Of a DNA stretch of 64,000 nt, positions 1 through 14,000 are shown piece after piece. Both the position numbers and the translations under genes were made by a program. The DNA lies in NCBI GenBank assembly GCA_003344405.1, contig NOWV01000026.1:248001-312000 (forward strand). Reading direction: 5' to 3'. The stretch's first letter is position 1, and each line of letters opens with the position of its first letter. Below the pieces are notes generated by a model. It searched no databases and was not told the DNA's origin. It saw only the letters and a program-made list of their open reading frames with translations. Source of the DNA: Trichoplax sp. H2. Lineage: Eukaryota.

Positions 1-926
1 GCTTGGCTTACCCATACCTGGGCGAGTACCGAATATGCCATTTTATAAGAAGGTAAATTTGTGACTAAAGTTATATCCTATGAATTTATTAGCCTATTAC
101 TTGCGCTACTGACTAAGCCTGACACTTGGAATGTCGTAGGGGACAAAAAAATTAACCGATAATCCGGCTAATTACCAACCTTTCTGTCGACCATCTGTTT
201 ATATGGCGGAAAATGATAAAGACATTAGTTGCAGCGCAGATTCTAAGCGTTCATTATCCACAAGTGAAACTGTATCTGTTAGTTGATACTTAGTTTTTGT
301 ATTATGTAATAGCTAATCTCGTGCTGTATGCATTTAACAACGTCTACTAATTCTTAGGATGATGAAGAAATCGACTTTACCCTGAAAAATAGTGACGAGT
401 ACAAACAATTAATCAGGTTAAAGAAAATTAAGAAGATGCAAACTACTGTTAGAAAAGTACAACATCATGGATATCAGGTAATTCTATACATTATTCGTAC
501 ACCATTGCAATGTGGGTGTTAACGAAGCTGCGATTTGATCACTAGAAGAATTTAATGATATTGTTTCTAGTGTGATCGCTGTGGGATGGAGCCCATTTTA
601 GGACCTAGGTTTCACTGTAAAGATTGTCCAGCTGACGATTCCGTTGACTTTTGTAAAGACTGTGTTATTAGGTATAAAATTTCTCTTCAGATTATCTTTG
701 CATTAATTAATTTACTTATTCGATGATTTTCGTACTTCAAACATTATTTAGTCCTATGGAAATCAGATTGCATAAACTAAATCATGAATTGCAAGTGTTC
801 AATCGCCCGTTCTATGTTGACGACGATTATATTGGATATACTGGAGGAAGTGGACATGTTGAACAATCAACCGGATACACTACAGGCTATAGTTACTTAG
901 ATCCAAATTATATACCAAATGATTAG
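1..926 (+). CDS. ZZZ3: ZZ-type zinc finger protein ZZZ3 (ATAC complex subunit), 3' part; gene starts upstream of the window
   Basis: Phase-consistent GT-AG exons <1-52, 140-271, 358-477, 571-671, 752-926. Translation: [17 protein letters not shown] (post-SANT motif)...PSVYMAEND...[36 protein letters not shown] (ZZ finger)...[12 protein letters not shown], matching the ZZZ3 C-terminal YLDPNY signature. Confidence 0.9.
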
Positions 927-2845
927 TATTTTTTTCATATTAGTCATTTATGCTATTTGAAATATACAGTGGGTTTCTCTGATTTCTTTTCTTCATCAAA
1001 CTAGATTTGATTATAAGTTACAGCTGCTTTGATCATAACAATGCTGGAATAGCTGCAATCGGTATCTATGTATGCTGTTAATTAAACATACGGTAAGCAG
1101 TAGTAACGCTATGATGATATTAAATTACAGACGGAGTCGATATTAGCATTATAGAATAACATCAGAGGAGCTTATGCTACACATGTGAGCGTAAAATTTA
1201 AGTCTTAATTTGTACCTATATATAATAAGTATTTCTAAAATTTTATTAAGCAACATAATCGTTCTAAATCAGTAATCTTTTTACTGTAGATAAATAGATT
1301 TAAAATTTAGAAATTGTCGAGAGAGAAATACGAGTATTTATGCTAATAGTAGACTCCTATTAATAATTAATTAATATGTCATGTTACTGTAATATCGCTC
1401 GCTATTCACTTTTAGCCAAATTTTTAATTATATTTTGAATATATTAAATAAATATAAATATTTGTACTTATAGCAATTAATCTGATCTTTAAGAAGGTTT
1501 CAAACGTTTTCACCTTTGCTGAAGTTATGCACTGTATTGAATAAGTATTCGGAAAATTTATTAGCCATAAAAATATTCATAAACTACATTATAAGTATCT
1601 TGTATCTATTAAATCATATATTTTGTTTACAATCATTAAAATACCGTTTGCGTCTGTAATCAGTTCTCTACGTATTTATACTTTTAAACTACGAATATTA
1701 CTTGTTGGTATGATTACAAACTAAGTTTACAAAAGATAGTACTTTATTGAGTGCAATAATAAAACTGAACTGAAGATGAACTAAACTATCTGAGAAATTT
1801 AATCTTTTAGCATGATCCTAATTTAGACCTCATAACTCGTAATAGTCATGTTAGACACTGAGAAGTAATGTAGACTACAATACAGTAATATTAGCATCAT
1901 CCCTATGATGACAGCTATTAGCAACAATATTTTGTTATGATATTAATTCGCGATATGCAGTACTAATCCTATAAATGGCATTTAATACATTGGTCGCTTG
2001 ATCCAATGATTAAAGTGTGTGTATCTGCATGTAAGTTTTGATATTCTACCTATGTCTTTGATTTACTTTGTAGTCTTAGTATTAATCAATAGTGATGCAT
2101 GCAGACTTTGATAAACTAGTAGCAGATACAGAAATGAAAAAGATCTCTGAAATTCTTTTACATCTTGTATTTGAACCTTAACTGATAGGAATAAGCATCC
2201 AGGAGTAAGAACATCTATATACGATGAAATTGCAATTATCATTGTCACAACAATTACAATTAGTCAACACTAAGGTTTGACTACAAAACATACAATAAAT
2301 AACAGTAAAAATTTTAACAACTCGCTATAAACCAACTTCAAATATGAACTCATAAAAGGATTTCATAGTAGAAGTAAAACTTTCCGTACGATGTAAGTAG
2401 TAAAATAATCATTTTCGTATAGTTTGCAAAATTGCAAATTAGTAAATTCATTCACTAAACCGTAATATGAAAGTTTTACTAGCAGCTATTACCTAATTAA
2501 CTCCAAATAATTTAGAGAATCAATAAATGTCTTTTACTATATTACAATACACTATGATAATTAATGGTCTTGACATTTCATAACTAAAGAACTCTCATTA
2601 CGTTCTTCGATTTACAAACGCTTATCGCACGAACATACTGTAGTAAGCTGTACAGTAGATATTCAAAGGCTTTAGTTAAATAATTACTATAGTAAATACA
2701 TCGACCATTTAATACCAGAAAATACACTAAGAACATTAGCTAACTTATGAGAATAGCAGTTTATGGCCGTTAACAGTGAGTCGATATGAATCGACAGTAA
2801 TCCTGATCGAGATATTTCAAAAAAGGTAAAATTTATTTTATATAT

Positions 2846-4336
2846 TTAGGAATTTAATTTAGCTCTTTTGATAGTCCAAGCTTCTTCATTCTCTGATGGA
2901 TTCAGTTCAGAAATAGAAGATATTCTCTCATCGTTTTTTCTCTTCAATGTATGTAGTAACTTTTCTTCATCAATGTCACTATTTTCTTCTTCAGTATTAG
3001 TTTCATCTTCGCTTTCTTCACTGGGTTCAGACTTATCTGCGTTAGTTATTGTAAAATGATGGTGCTATTAGTAAGTATAATATAATTGGCAAAAGTGATA
3101 AATTCTAGGCAGTACGAGCATAAATGGCGGTGATGTTCTATCGCTAATTGTGACTACAGCTACCTGGAAGTAGATATTGTGTAAATACTGTCCGCTCACC
3201 ATTTGAGATAAAGTATAGCAGACAGGTCACTACTAGTCTACATGTCTAAAGTTATCAACAAGGTGAATCACTCTTTACTCACTATCTCGGATATCATCTT
3301 GAATCTTAGAAAACTTTAGAATGACTTCTTTTTCTCTTTCTTGGCCAATTTTCAAACTCTTATCTAGATCTTCTTTCAGAGTTGGATTGTTAATGGCAGG
3401 GTCTTGCTCATTAGGTTTAAGGTGATGTCTTATCTCCAGATTTAATTCTTCCAAGCGTCTTTTGCGTATTTTATGACAAACCTCACGGAATGCCTCCTTT
3501 GCTATATCGTCATGCTGTCGCTGCGTTAGCCCTAATTTATATTTCCGATTGGCAGAGGTAACAATATCTTTGATATCAACAAAATCAGGCATACATAATG
3601 ATTGCACTAATAGTGCTTGTTGCTTTCTATGTTTAGCTCTGCTTTTTATGGTACTGTTGTGGTTACGATAGTATTGTGCCTTCAAAAATTTAGTCACCTC
3701 CTTATTAATATCACGATAACGGGTATTGCAAAACTGACGAAATGGTGGTTCTAATACAGAACGACTTCGAACTAGCTTATTCATTTTTTCTACGATAGCA
3801 ACACTTTTCTTTTTCAATTTAGAAATAAGTATGTATATACTCCCACTATTATCTAAATCTTCAAGCGACATATCATCGTATTCATGCTTGTTTATCAATT
3901 TGTTATATTTCCTTAAATCCGTTTCATATTTTTTTAATTTCTGTAGTGTCTGATCATCAAGGAGTTCTTTCCATTCTACATTTAAATCAGAGCCACATTC
4001 AGGTAACTGATCACTTTGAATGTTGTTATCGCCATCATTTAGCGTAGTATTAGGTGGCAAAGTTTCATTAACTTCTGTAGATCTGGTTGTAACATTACCG
4101 CTAGCACTCGAAGATGACGATGAAGGACATACATAACTTGACGAAAGCTTCAACTTTTCACTAGGATCGTTAGTGTTGATCGCGGTATTCGCTCGTAAAT
4201 GCGAGGTATCTGGTTTAATAATATGGCTTTCTGACCTCGAACCTGAAACATCATTTGGCTGCTGGATCAATGTTGATCGTGGTTGGCTATCTAATTCATC
4301 CGAACTACTACTAATGAAGATCACGTCACTTTCCAT
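2846..4336 (-). CDS. DAXX: DAXX-like histone H3.3/H4 chaperone (about 414 aa)
   Basis: Exons 4336-3283 and 3036-2846, joined by a phase-1 GTGAGT...CAG intron. N-terminal SIM-like VIFISSSSDE; histone-binding-domain motifs DMSLEDLD..SIY, TRYRDINK, PDFVDI, KLGL..IAKEAFREV..IRKRR, DPA; acidic second exon. Confidence 0.88.
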
Positions 4337-4444
4337 TTTGAGCGCTTGCAAAATGCTGCAATCTTCTAATTAGACAGCTTCGACACTCTTTTAACCTTGA
4401 CAGTCCTGGTCGTAGAGATGACTGTTTTAGTGACTCTCGCCAGG

Positions 4445-4730
4445 TGTACTGTACTGTACTGTACTGTACTGTACTGTACACTCAGTGTACTGTACAGTAT
4501 GTTCCAGAGTTGTTACAGCCTACAGGTATCTCTACAGTACATTGTGGGACTCTACACTGTAGAATTTGCACTCTGCTGTACTGTACAGTACTGTACAGTA
4601 CTGTACTGTACAGTACAGTACTGTATCTTGGTGGCTCTGGTTATACTGTACTGTACAGTACTGTAAAATACTGTACAGTACTGTAAAATACTGTACAGTA
4701 CTGTACTCTACAGTACTCTACAGTACTGTA
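4445..4730. repeat. GTAC-core pentamer array (TACTG/CAGTA)n upstream of DAXX
   Basis: (TGTAC)7 from 4445, followed by degenerate runs in both orientations with TACAGTACTGTA palindromic junctions. Confidence 0.9.
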
Positions 4731-7576
4731 TGGTAACGAATGTGTTAGTACTGTAAATTGAGATTTATTTACATGTGTATTTACTGTTTATTTGTCATTA
4801 TACTGTATATAAATCTGTAGCTCTCATTTGATTTCGATTTTGATTTTACAGTTAATTAATCGATTTTTTATAGTCTTTCGGTAAATAATATAAGGAATAA
4901 TATAATATGTATGCTGGAAATGGTACAGGAACAGCACGATGCAATACAGTAAAGATAAAAATCACTGTACATTTATGAATGAACTTAAAATTGTCGCTTA
5001 TTTACTGCAATGTTACGATTCATCATTAATCGTTTTTTTATTTATTTAGCTTAGAGAGCAAAATTGCACTTTGGAAACTACAGTACAGTAAAATCCACTT
5101 CACTTTTTATACTGTACACTTGATTTACAGTATTAAGTTTAGTACGAACGTGTAAAGTACATTATGATCCGACATCTTTTCTAGTATATTTAACTTATCT
5201 AGAAGTGCACTGACAACGGGCGATTCGATTCGGAAGTCGACTTCGAGCCGAGCTCAATAAAAGCGTAGGGATACCTATAACAATTTACTGATCAAGTCCA
5301 ATCTTCAACAATTTTATACTTTAACCCCTTGTTTATGATCTGTTGTGAAGAACGTGTGTTATCTCCTGATCTGTTTATGTTCCTGCATTTCTCTTTTTAT
5401 TAACCGACAACAAGATTTTTAATTTTCCGAATTATTAAAATGATTTCAACACACCAGTAAAAGCGATTTCCCAAAATGTAAATATTGCACGATGCTGTAA
5501 ATCAATACTACACACTGTTCAGCGTAAAAGGTGTTGTATGTGCTGTATACTATAAGCCATGACCGTTCAGTCAATCACGCCGTTGTGATGCGCTGCTTTA
5601 GAAGTTTTGATTTCAGAAACCTAATTTCTGGCTAAATTCCCATTCTAAACTTACCAAATATTGTATACAGTAATTACTGTAGGCTGTAGTTATTGTCCAT
5701 AACAATTTTCAGATAAGTTGAAAGTATATACGCGTATCCATCAGTTTCGCGTATTACACTACAATGTAAATAGCTTTTAGCTAAAGGTTCTCTCATATTT
5801 TGTCAGTTATGTAAATATACTCGTGTTGATTTAGTAACACGTCTAAACTTTGGAGAATAGCGTTCAGTATAAATTAGTTTAAGGACCATCAGCATGTACG
5901 CATCCTTGAAATAAAGATGATTTGAATAGGCACATTTTGAATAATAGAAGTTTAATTCTTCATTATATAATTATGTATTCATTGAATTTTTTCCATATCA
6001 TTTTAAAGTTGAATGCTAATAACGGCTTACGGTTTTTCACATGACAGCCTTTCATCTCTATTCTAAATGGTTTGTGTTTATGTACCTTAATCTCACCTAC
6101 CCATTCCATAATTTTAGTTCTCCTTCATACCCTCCTTACGGCCAGTTCATAAGTTCCAGGATATAAAGCTAATGTACATCTTAAACTCTATTATTAAGAG
6201 AAAAATTGACGTACGATACTGGTTTTACCAAACGCAGCCATCCCCCGCATTCTTGCGTAACATAATAGCGTTTTAATTCGTACTGTACAGTATATAACTT
6301 AATTTAAGCCGCTACGTAATCATTTGTATCAAAATGATCCTGCTTATGTTGTTATGTATCTTGATAATTCGCCCTCCTTTTGATGTCTATACACGTACTC
6401 ACAACAAGTTAACATCTCGCAAGCAGTATTTACTGAATTTATACGCGTATGTTTAATTTACAACGTAAAAGTATAAAATGTAGAGTAATGAAAGGCAGAG
6501 AGGTATTAATGGACAAATGGGGGTGCTGTTAGTACCATGTACTCTCATTTAAGTGCAGTATCATATACAGACAGATATGTTATTACCATAGTAGCTCATA
6601 ATACGCACAACGAGCTACATTAATGACAGAATGATATCATATAACATAAATCTTGCATCCGAAGCAACTGTAAGCATTTATTTTAATTGCTACATTGTAC
6701 ATGAAGACACAAATTGGCGATTTTAAAAAACGCCATCAGAAGTTCCTCGAAGGTTTTTGACCAATGCATATTATCAACACATCTCTGGTAACATTTTGAT
6801 AGTATTTCAGCGAATTATTATTTAATTATGTAATATATATGAGAGCTATAGCAATGGTAAAATTAGAAAATGTTCTCATAGCATAAATTTCCCTATCACA
6901 AAAGGGTATCAGGCACAGTAACAAATTAGGTATTATTTAACCAGAAATTCTTGGTTCTAGTGTAATGTCGCTAAGTGATTAAGAGGCGAATATCCAGAAT
7001 CCAGGAATAAATCATCAAAGGGCAATATAAAAAGACGCTGTTGGGCAGTATGCAATCAATGCCATTTATCGCTAACTAAAGTATACGTGAAATTACGTAC
7101 TGCAGCTTGTAGGTGTTTCCAATTATTCTACTTAATTACTGTCGTAACTTAAACACTATGTTGAGCACCAAGAGTCTATTAATCATCTAGCAGATGATGT
7201 ACACCACAGCGAATTGCTGTTACTAGGCTTGTCAGTAGCTATACATCTACAAATCAACCTGAAAGTAACACATAGTGTGATAATGCTACGGTATATCTAA
7301 TCTAACAATATATGAACAAATATACCAATAGAAATTGTAATGAATTATAATAACAAACGCATACTCGCAACAATACCTGAATTTGCATTCCAGACTGCAT
7401 GACCCTCACAATCTTAACATTTCAGGTATAATTATAATTAATAATGATATGCACCCAGATCATTTCAAATGATCGACTAATACTGGTTGCATAATATGTC
7501 AAATAAATTAGATTATCGACTATTTTCAAAAATGATAGCAGAGGTTAAACCTTTATAGGCAAATATAACAATATCT

Positions 7577-10402
7577 CTATACAGTCAACAACTTCCATAA
7601 AGATGCTTCTCCATCTGCGCTAGATGATACGAAAGCATACTGTTCTGGATGCCATGAAACTTTTAGTGCTTTATCTGTGTGTTGACCGACGACAAATGAT
7701 GGATAGCTATTTTCATAACCATTCATATCGGTAAGTATTAAAGTACCATCGTATGAAGCTGATAATAAATACCTAGAGTCTGGTGAAAACCTCAAAGATC
7801 TACAATCTTCATTATGAGGATGAAACGTATGCAAAATCTTATCTGCTTTTATATCGTATAAAACACAAACACCGTCTTCACGCCCCATGGCAGCTAAATT
7901 ATTGCTATGGTTAACACATAAGGATGTTATTCCTTGTTTTACTGGAGAATCTGACAATTTAAAGGTTTTCGCACATTTTCCGCTATTGATATCCCACATG
8001 CATACAACGCCGTCAGTAGACCCGGAAATTAATTTTTGATAACCCCAGGAATATAAGGCCAAGACATGTGCGCTATGTCCTTTTAGGGACGTTAGTAATT
8101 GTTCACTTCCACAATCTATGATATTTATAGCACAATCGCCTCCTCCACCTGATATAAGAAAAGACGAATGATCTGTGTCGAATGTTACGTCGCGGACAGT
8201 TCCATCGTGGAAGTTAAAATCTTGGACTGATCCAGCTGGGATAAAGTCATTATTATCAAATCGCAATAATTTAACAGATTTATCGTTAGAACCCGTTGCA
8301 AGCAATTCACCAGACCGATTCCAGTTAGCGCAATAAATAGAGCCACGATGGTGTCTCTCTCTAAAAAAAAATACTCTAGGTTCTGGTGGAGGGACGTTAG
8401 GATCAAATCTGCATTATTAAAGCAAATGAATGCAATTTAGACACACGTTCACATGATATGATAAATACGAAACATTTTCATATAAATCTCTATTCAACTT
8501 ACTCGCCGTTTGCATGTAAAAGCTCCGCAGAACATATGCGCAGTACTCTCGAATTTGAACCAACAACAAAAGCTTCGCCGTTAGGGTGGAATGCAACCGT
8601 TCTGACAGCCTGTGATGCGTTCATAGTAGCAATATTTGCAAACAGTGGTCTTGTAATTTTCTGCCTAACAGGCTCCGACTTTAAAGTGTAATGCAACAAA
8701 CGATAAAGATTAAAGACAGTCACTAAGATATGCCATGTAATTAAAAAAAAAATTCATATCATGTCTGCTAAACGGCTCATTACGTGTCATTACCTCAGTC
8801 CCTTCTACTTCCTCGTTGCGATCTATTATTTCATCATGGCCGTAATGTAATTCATTCATAGTATGGCTTTGATTGGTGATTTCACTTCCAATCAAAGCGT
8901 TATCTGTTTCCTCAGTGATGATAGAGGAACTCGATGGCACAATGTGAGGAGCATCATTATGAGGACCATCACTGTTCGCGCTGCTAACGGTGGTTGCTAC
9001 TTCTTGTAAAGGTTGTTCACCTAAGTTCTCTCTTGGCAAATTTTCTGCTTTATCTATGAGAAACGGCAGGCTTTCCTTTCTGCTATCAATTATGTAGGAT
9101 TAAAAACAAGATATAATACGAAAAAGTATTACTACATTGATAACTTACTGATTGCAATTGAAGTATGAAGTTAAAGATACAATAACAATTAAGGCAGACT
9201 ATCAAGAGAATAACTGAAAACGTAAAAGCTATTCGAAATGGACTATTAATTATTTCTAGGAAGTGCACACAAAGAGACCTGTTCAGTAAGTAAAGCACCC
9301 AATACATGTGTTATAGACATTTATAACTGTACTTCTTAGTTTATCATCATCCTCTAATCTGCAAGTACACTTACGTAGACGCTTTAGACTGCAAGTGCAT
9401 TCCGGATAACACTTTGTAATTGTAGAACCTTTCTAAGGAAGCTGATCTGTTCCTAAATTTGCGATTTGTAGATTCACTGCTGGTGAAATAATGTGAGTTT
9501 GTTGGAATTGAAATACTACGTCGCATCTTGCATGATTGGTTATTAAGTCTTTTGTCATAGCTATCAGTATCTAGCTCCTTGTAATGATTATCAATAGCTT
9601 CTTTCATAACAGTGGTTTGAATTTCCCCGAGCTTGAATGGCCATGCATTTGGTGGTATCTTTTTCATTACATCGTATATATAACAGTTACGATCTGCAAG
9701 CGGATTTAGTAAATCTAATTTTCGATTAGCAGAGTCCATCATCGCTTCTTTAGCAACTTCCATTTTTTTATTATAATTTGAGTAAATATCTTGTAAGCAT
9801 CCTTTGCTTAATAAAGTAGTTAATCGATTAACATTTATTAACTTACTTCTTTCATATTCGTCTTGCACTCCTTTCTGGAGTTTAGTACTTGGAGATTGAT
9901 TTAAATAAATTTCAACTAATGGTAAAATTTGATAAAAACACTCCACGCGACCACTGATAGGAGTCCACATCTTATAGTCTTCCAAATTTCGATGATCCTC
10001 TAGAGTTAATAACCAACATAGCCTATTAAACTGGTCTTTATCAGGAGAACATATTTTTAATTCTTCCAAACAGTTGTGTAATATATTTACTGAACGGCCG
10101 TTTTGCATTTTCCAATCACTTAACAGCTCTAGAAATTTTTGCTTTAAACATATAAACTTGAAGAGTTTGCAGTTAAACCCAGGTACTTCTTGCAAGGGTT
10201 CAATAAAGGCTATGGCCTCCATAAATTTACCATCTAAAATTAAACTTCTAAGGAAAGAGAGATTATAGGGATAATCATAATCATTGATACCACTCTCCTT
10301 TTCTAATGCCACCATGGCAGCATACAACTTCCATTCACGCAACTGGGACAGCATTAACCGAATAACCTGTCGACGATCTATAAACACATTCATGCAGTCC
10401 AT
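7577..10402 (-). CDS. WDR47: WDR47/Nemitin: LisH-CTLH-WD40 protein
   Basis: Exons 10402-9375, ~9082-8794, 8678-8503, 8408-7577, phase-consistent. N-terminal ALEKESG..FLRSLILDG..FIEPL..LKQKFLELL; WD40 region QAVRTVAFHP..VGSNSRVLRIC, HHRGSIYC..LLATGSNDK, HDGTVRD. Confidence 0.93.
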
Positions 10403-11026
10403 TGCTATCTCCAAAATACAAAAACTGCTTTAGGCTGAAAATAATAACAATGAAGTAGCCAGTAAAATGTGTTTCGGTAAATAAAATTAAATAGATTTTA
10501 ATTTAATTTTTACTGTAAATTAAATCGAGTGCAATCAAGGATAAATAAATTTACTGTACTGTACTGCACTGTACCGTAATTGACGGGACAACTACAGTAC
10601 AGTACAGTACAGTACTGTAGGTCATGGAGGTAAAACCATACAGTACAGTACAGTACAGTACAGTTAAGAAAAAGATACTTAATACTCAGTAGTTCAAAAG
10701 TCATACAGTATAGTACCGTACTGTTGTAAGTGTACAGTAAGTAGAGACCATTTGTAAGTCTCATTCAACCTTTACTTTTAGCTCTTTTTAGTCCTAACTA
10801 CTAAACAAGATTGCTCTATAACTGTGGACTACTAAAATCTTCCTTTAAAAACGTACGAAATAAGGTTCAATTTCTGACTTTCATGAGAAGAATTCTCTAA
10901 ACAGAGCATCTTCACTCGCCTGATTTTTGCTATCAAGAACTTCATTTTGAAAGCATTCGCAGATCAAGAGTCCCTCACTACTAGTTTTAACAGCAGTAAG
11001 TTAGATACACAAGATCGAGCAAAGTG
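10403..11026. promoter_or_regulatory. Probable bidirectional promoter and 5' UTRs of WDR47 and SCFD2
   Basis: Head-to-head start codons at 10402 (-) and 11027 (+), separated by about 625 bp. Confidence 0.6.
10551..10740. repeat. GTAC-core pentamer array in the WDR47/SCFD2 divergent intergenic region
   Basis: TACTG runs at ~10552-10575 and (CAGTA)n runs at ~10595-10615 and ~10641-10664. Confidence 0.85.
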
Positions 11027-14000
11027 ATGACGCTGAATTCTTCCTCGTCCTGGAGCACCTTTCTTAAATCACTTGATGGCGGGGTAGTGTACATGGACAA
11101 TTTGGCCGTAGAATACTTCCATTGGTCCGGTCATGTGAAAGAGATCTTAATGCGGGGCAATGTCAGAGCTATCAAGGATTTAGACATGAATTCGGTCAGT
11201 ATTTTGTATCGGTATTTAGTACTGTGGTACAGATGATCATGATAAATAAATAAATATGGATATTTCTGAATATATCATGGCATAATTTTATGAAGATATA
11301 CACGTACAGTATATTTTATTAGGAAATATTTGACATGAATAAGTGCCAAATGAGCATAAGTAATACTTATTAAGTATGACTAAAACTTCGTAGAATTTAC
11401 TATATTCTCAGCACTTGATAATAATTGGGTTATAAGAAGTTTTTGCTATTTGATGTACTGTACTTCTAAACAGATTGATCCTCAAGCGAACAAGGCTATA
11501 TTTTGCATTTGCGAAACTTTAACTGGTACAAACATGGATAAAGTTAGACAAATTGTTGAATCGCATAATTTCAATCGAATCCTAGTATATTGTTCTGTAC
11601 CGGAGTATTTGTATAATGAGTCTGGTGAAGATGAAGGCATTTTTGCTTTCCTAGCTGAAGAATTAGAAAGGCGGATGGGCAAACCGGTATGTACAATAAT
11701 TTCAATTGCGTTAGTGCTTATTAAATATACTCGCATATATATATATCGATATGTCTTGATTAAAATAATGGATATACTTTTACCGATAATTTTATACGCG
11801 TATGTATGTTAGGATATTTTCAGTATAAGCTAACACAAATCTTAAAGTAGCTGAATATGTAGTAAGGTCTATGATGAAAACTTATGAAAGAGATTTTATT
11901 CTCTTAAATCTTATAGATGGCTATGGCTGAGATTATTTTCTTGCCAATGTTTCATACATACATCTTTTCCGACTTCTTTATAACACCTACATTCAGTACA
12001 TTTTTCCCCTTGCTACCAACAGATGCGAAACGATTAAATGAATTCTATAATAGTCAGGTTAGTCTATTTTCCGAGTCTTATCCGTAAAGGATATCCGATA
12101 TTACTTTACAATTAAGTATATCATCTTAGCTAAAATAGCGAGTACTGTAATTTTTACTAATTTCGACAATATCACCTGTAACAACCACTTTTAGGGAGAT
12201 AAAAGGAATATCCAAAGTCTCTCTGATATTACTTTAACACTATTGCCTCCTCCATTACAGGAAAGAATCAAGGTAAATAGTAATCAGTCCATGATTTCTG
12301 TTTAATTCTCTACATTAGCATCTACTTTCCATAATTCTTCGCTACTACTCAAATTATGTTATAAAATGTAATGACGAAGGCACTGAATATTTTAGGTATT
12401 TGCTGCACTTTTGGATGGAATGTTTGATGAAATGTCTATAGCGGAAGATTGCTACTGTGTCGGAGCTACTAGTCGCTTTGTTGCTACTGAGCTTGCTAAT
12501 TTACAAAGTCAAAGAAGCAAAAAAAAAGTAAATTACAGTTTCTTAAACCTTATTCTCCAGAAAAATTTCATTATGAAGATACAGATATATTAACAATATA
12601 TAAATCGCACCTATAGATTGCAAAACAAAAAGCATCAATTATATTAGTTGATAGAACACTCGACGTTGCTACTAGCGTTAACCATACATGCGAGACGCTC
12701 GGTAATAAAATTTTTGGTCTTCTACCAACACTTCCTGGTCATCATAGTGACGTAGCAGTCGAAATGAGCTGCTTATGTGCTCATGATAGGTATTTCTTTG
12801 TTTCGTTTATCGCAACGTTAAAGTATTTCGTGAACTAATTTTTATTATATGACAGCTTTAATGCTGTACCTGGATGTTTAGCTCATGTAGATAGTCCAAT
12901 TGGAAAAACGCTTTTGCAATCATTTTTAACAAAACGTAGTAAAGTTAGTCAATGCGTCTTTCTTACCATCAACATAGTAAGGTGCAGTAACTGATATCTG
13001 ATTCTTATACCGTAACTCAGGAGTCCATAATGGAAGTCTCTCGCGCATTAGTCAGCGCCATTAGTGATGAAAGATTACCATTAGAAATTTCACCAAAAGC
13101 TGGGCAAATTACATCGGAAAAGTTACTGAATCTTGTAAAACTATTTAAGTATGTATACCCTAATATGAGATCTATATTTATTGCTCCTACAGTGATAAAA
13201 TTTTGATATCATTAATTGAATTATAAGATCTACAGTATTTACTTTACTATCAACTAAATCCATAGGGATAACTCAGTAGCATATTCTAAATATGCCGATT
13301 TGCTTCAATATGCAATTGCGGTTACAAATGCGACTTCAATAGAAAAAAATAAATCGTGGGAGAAATTACTTGGAATAGAAAAGGTATAACGATTGCGTAT
13401 ACTTATAATGAAAACAGAATTACATTAAATGTTGTACAGGTGTGAACGATATCTCCCGCTATGAATAACAGCCCCTTTTAATATTTTAAAGATGCTAGCT
13501 TTACGCCTGTCCGATACCTCAGATAGATCGGAAGCAATGTCTATTTTAAAAGATTTAGTTGAATTAAATGTGAAGAAGTTGAAGAGGTAAACATTAAAAA
13601 ATCCTTTTAGAGCGTTTTGTTGCTGTATATGTAAGTGTTGTATACTGGTAGCTCACTATTAATTGGCGTCTTACTGCTCATTTAAGAGGCATATCGGTTG
13701 AGGATATCCTGCTATTAATTCTGTTCTCTTGCTCACTTGTCGGCGAAGAATTTTGTTTGAAATATTCCGAACTGGAGGTTTTCATACATATTGCACATAT
13801 TCTTACCTGTTCATAGTTACTATAGTGCAACTAATGTGGATGCACATATCTTGACATAACATGATTGTTATACGTATAGTCTTTAGTTTTCAAAGTGGCT
13901 TTCGCAGACGAAAATCCCCATGAAAGTATACAATTATTTGGTAGGTTCTGCTGATACGTACTTATATAATCTTATGTGCTAAGGTCTATCATTTCTAACT

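Noticed and set aside
203..926. Stand-alone short ZZ-finger gene starting at ATG 203
   Set aside because: The ATG is internal: exon 140-271 and exon <1-52 ([11 protein letters not shown]) continue the ZZZ3 frame upstream.
2868..3059. Ser/Phe-rich plus-strand ORF (similarly 4173-4373, 8458-8691, 10074-10268, 11482-11736, 44671-44865, 46192-46380, 62690-62902)
   Set aside because: Antisense shadows of real exons on the opposite strand.
4397..4686. ORFs rich in CTVLY/STVLY repeats (also 10510-10764, 56933-57205, 57389-57649)
   Set aside because: Translations of the stop-free TACTG pentamer arrays, not a repeat protein family.
4445..4730. Possible CRISPR-like array
   Set aside because: A 5-bp microsatellite with no fixed repeat-spacer structure and no cas genes, in a spliceosomal eukaryotic context.
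5233..5244. 12-bp palindrome GAAGTCGACTTC followed by AATAAA
   Set aside because: 6-bp arms are expected by chance and no associated transcript unit could be defined.
9086..9307. 73-aa minus-strand ORF inside WDR47
   Set aside because: Lies in intron 1 with AT-rich intron-like composition; the exon chain is phase-consistent without it.
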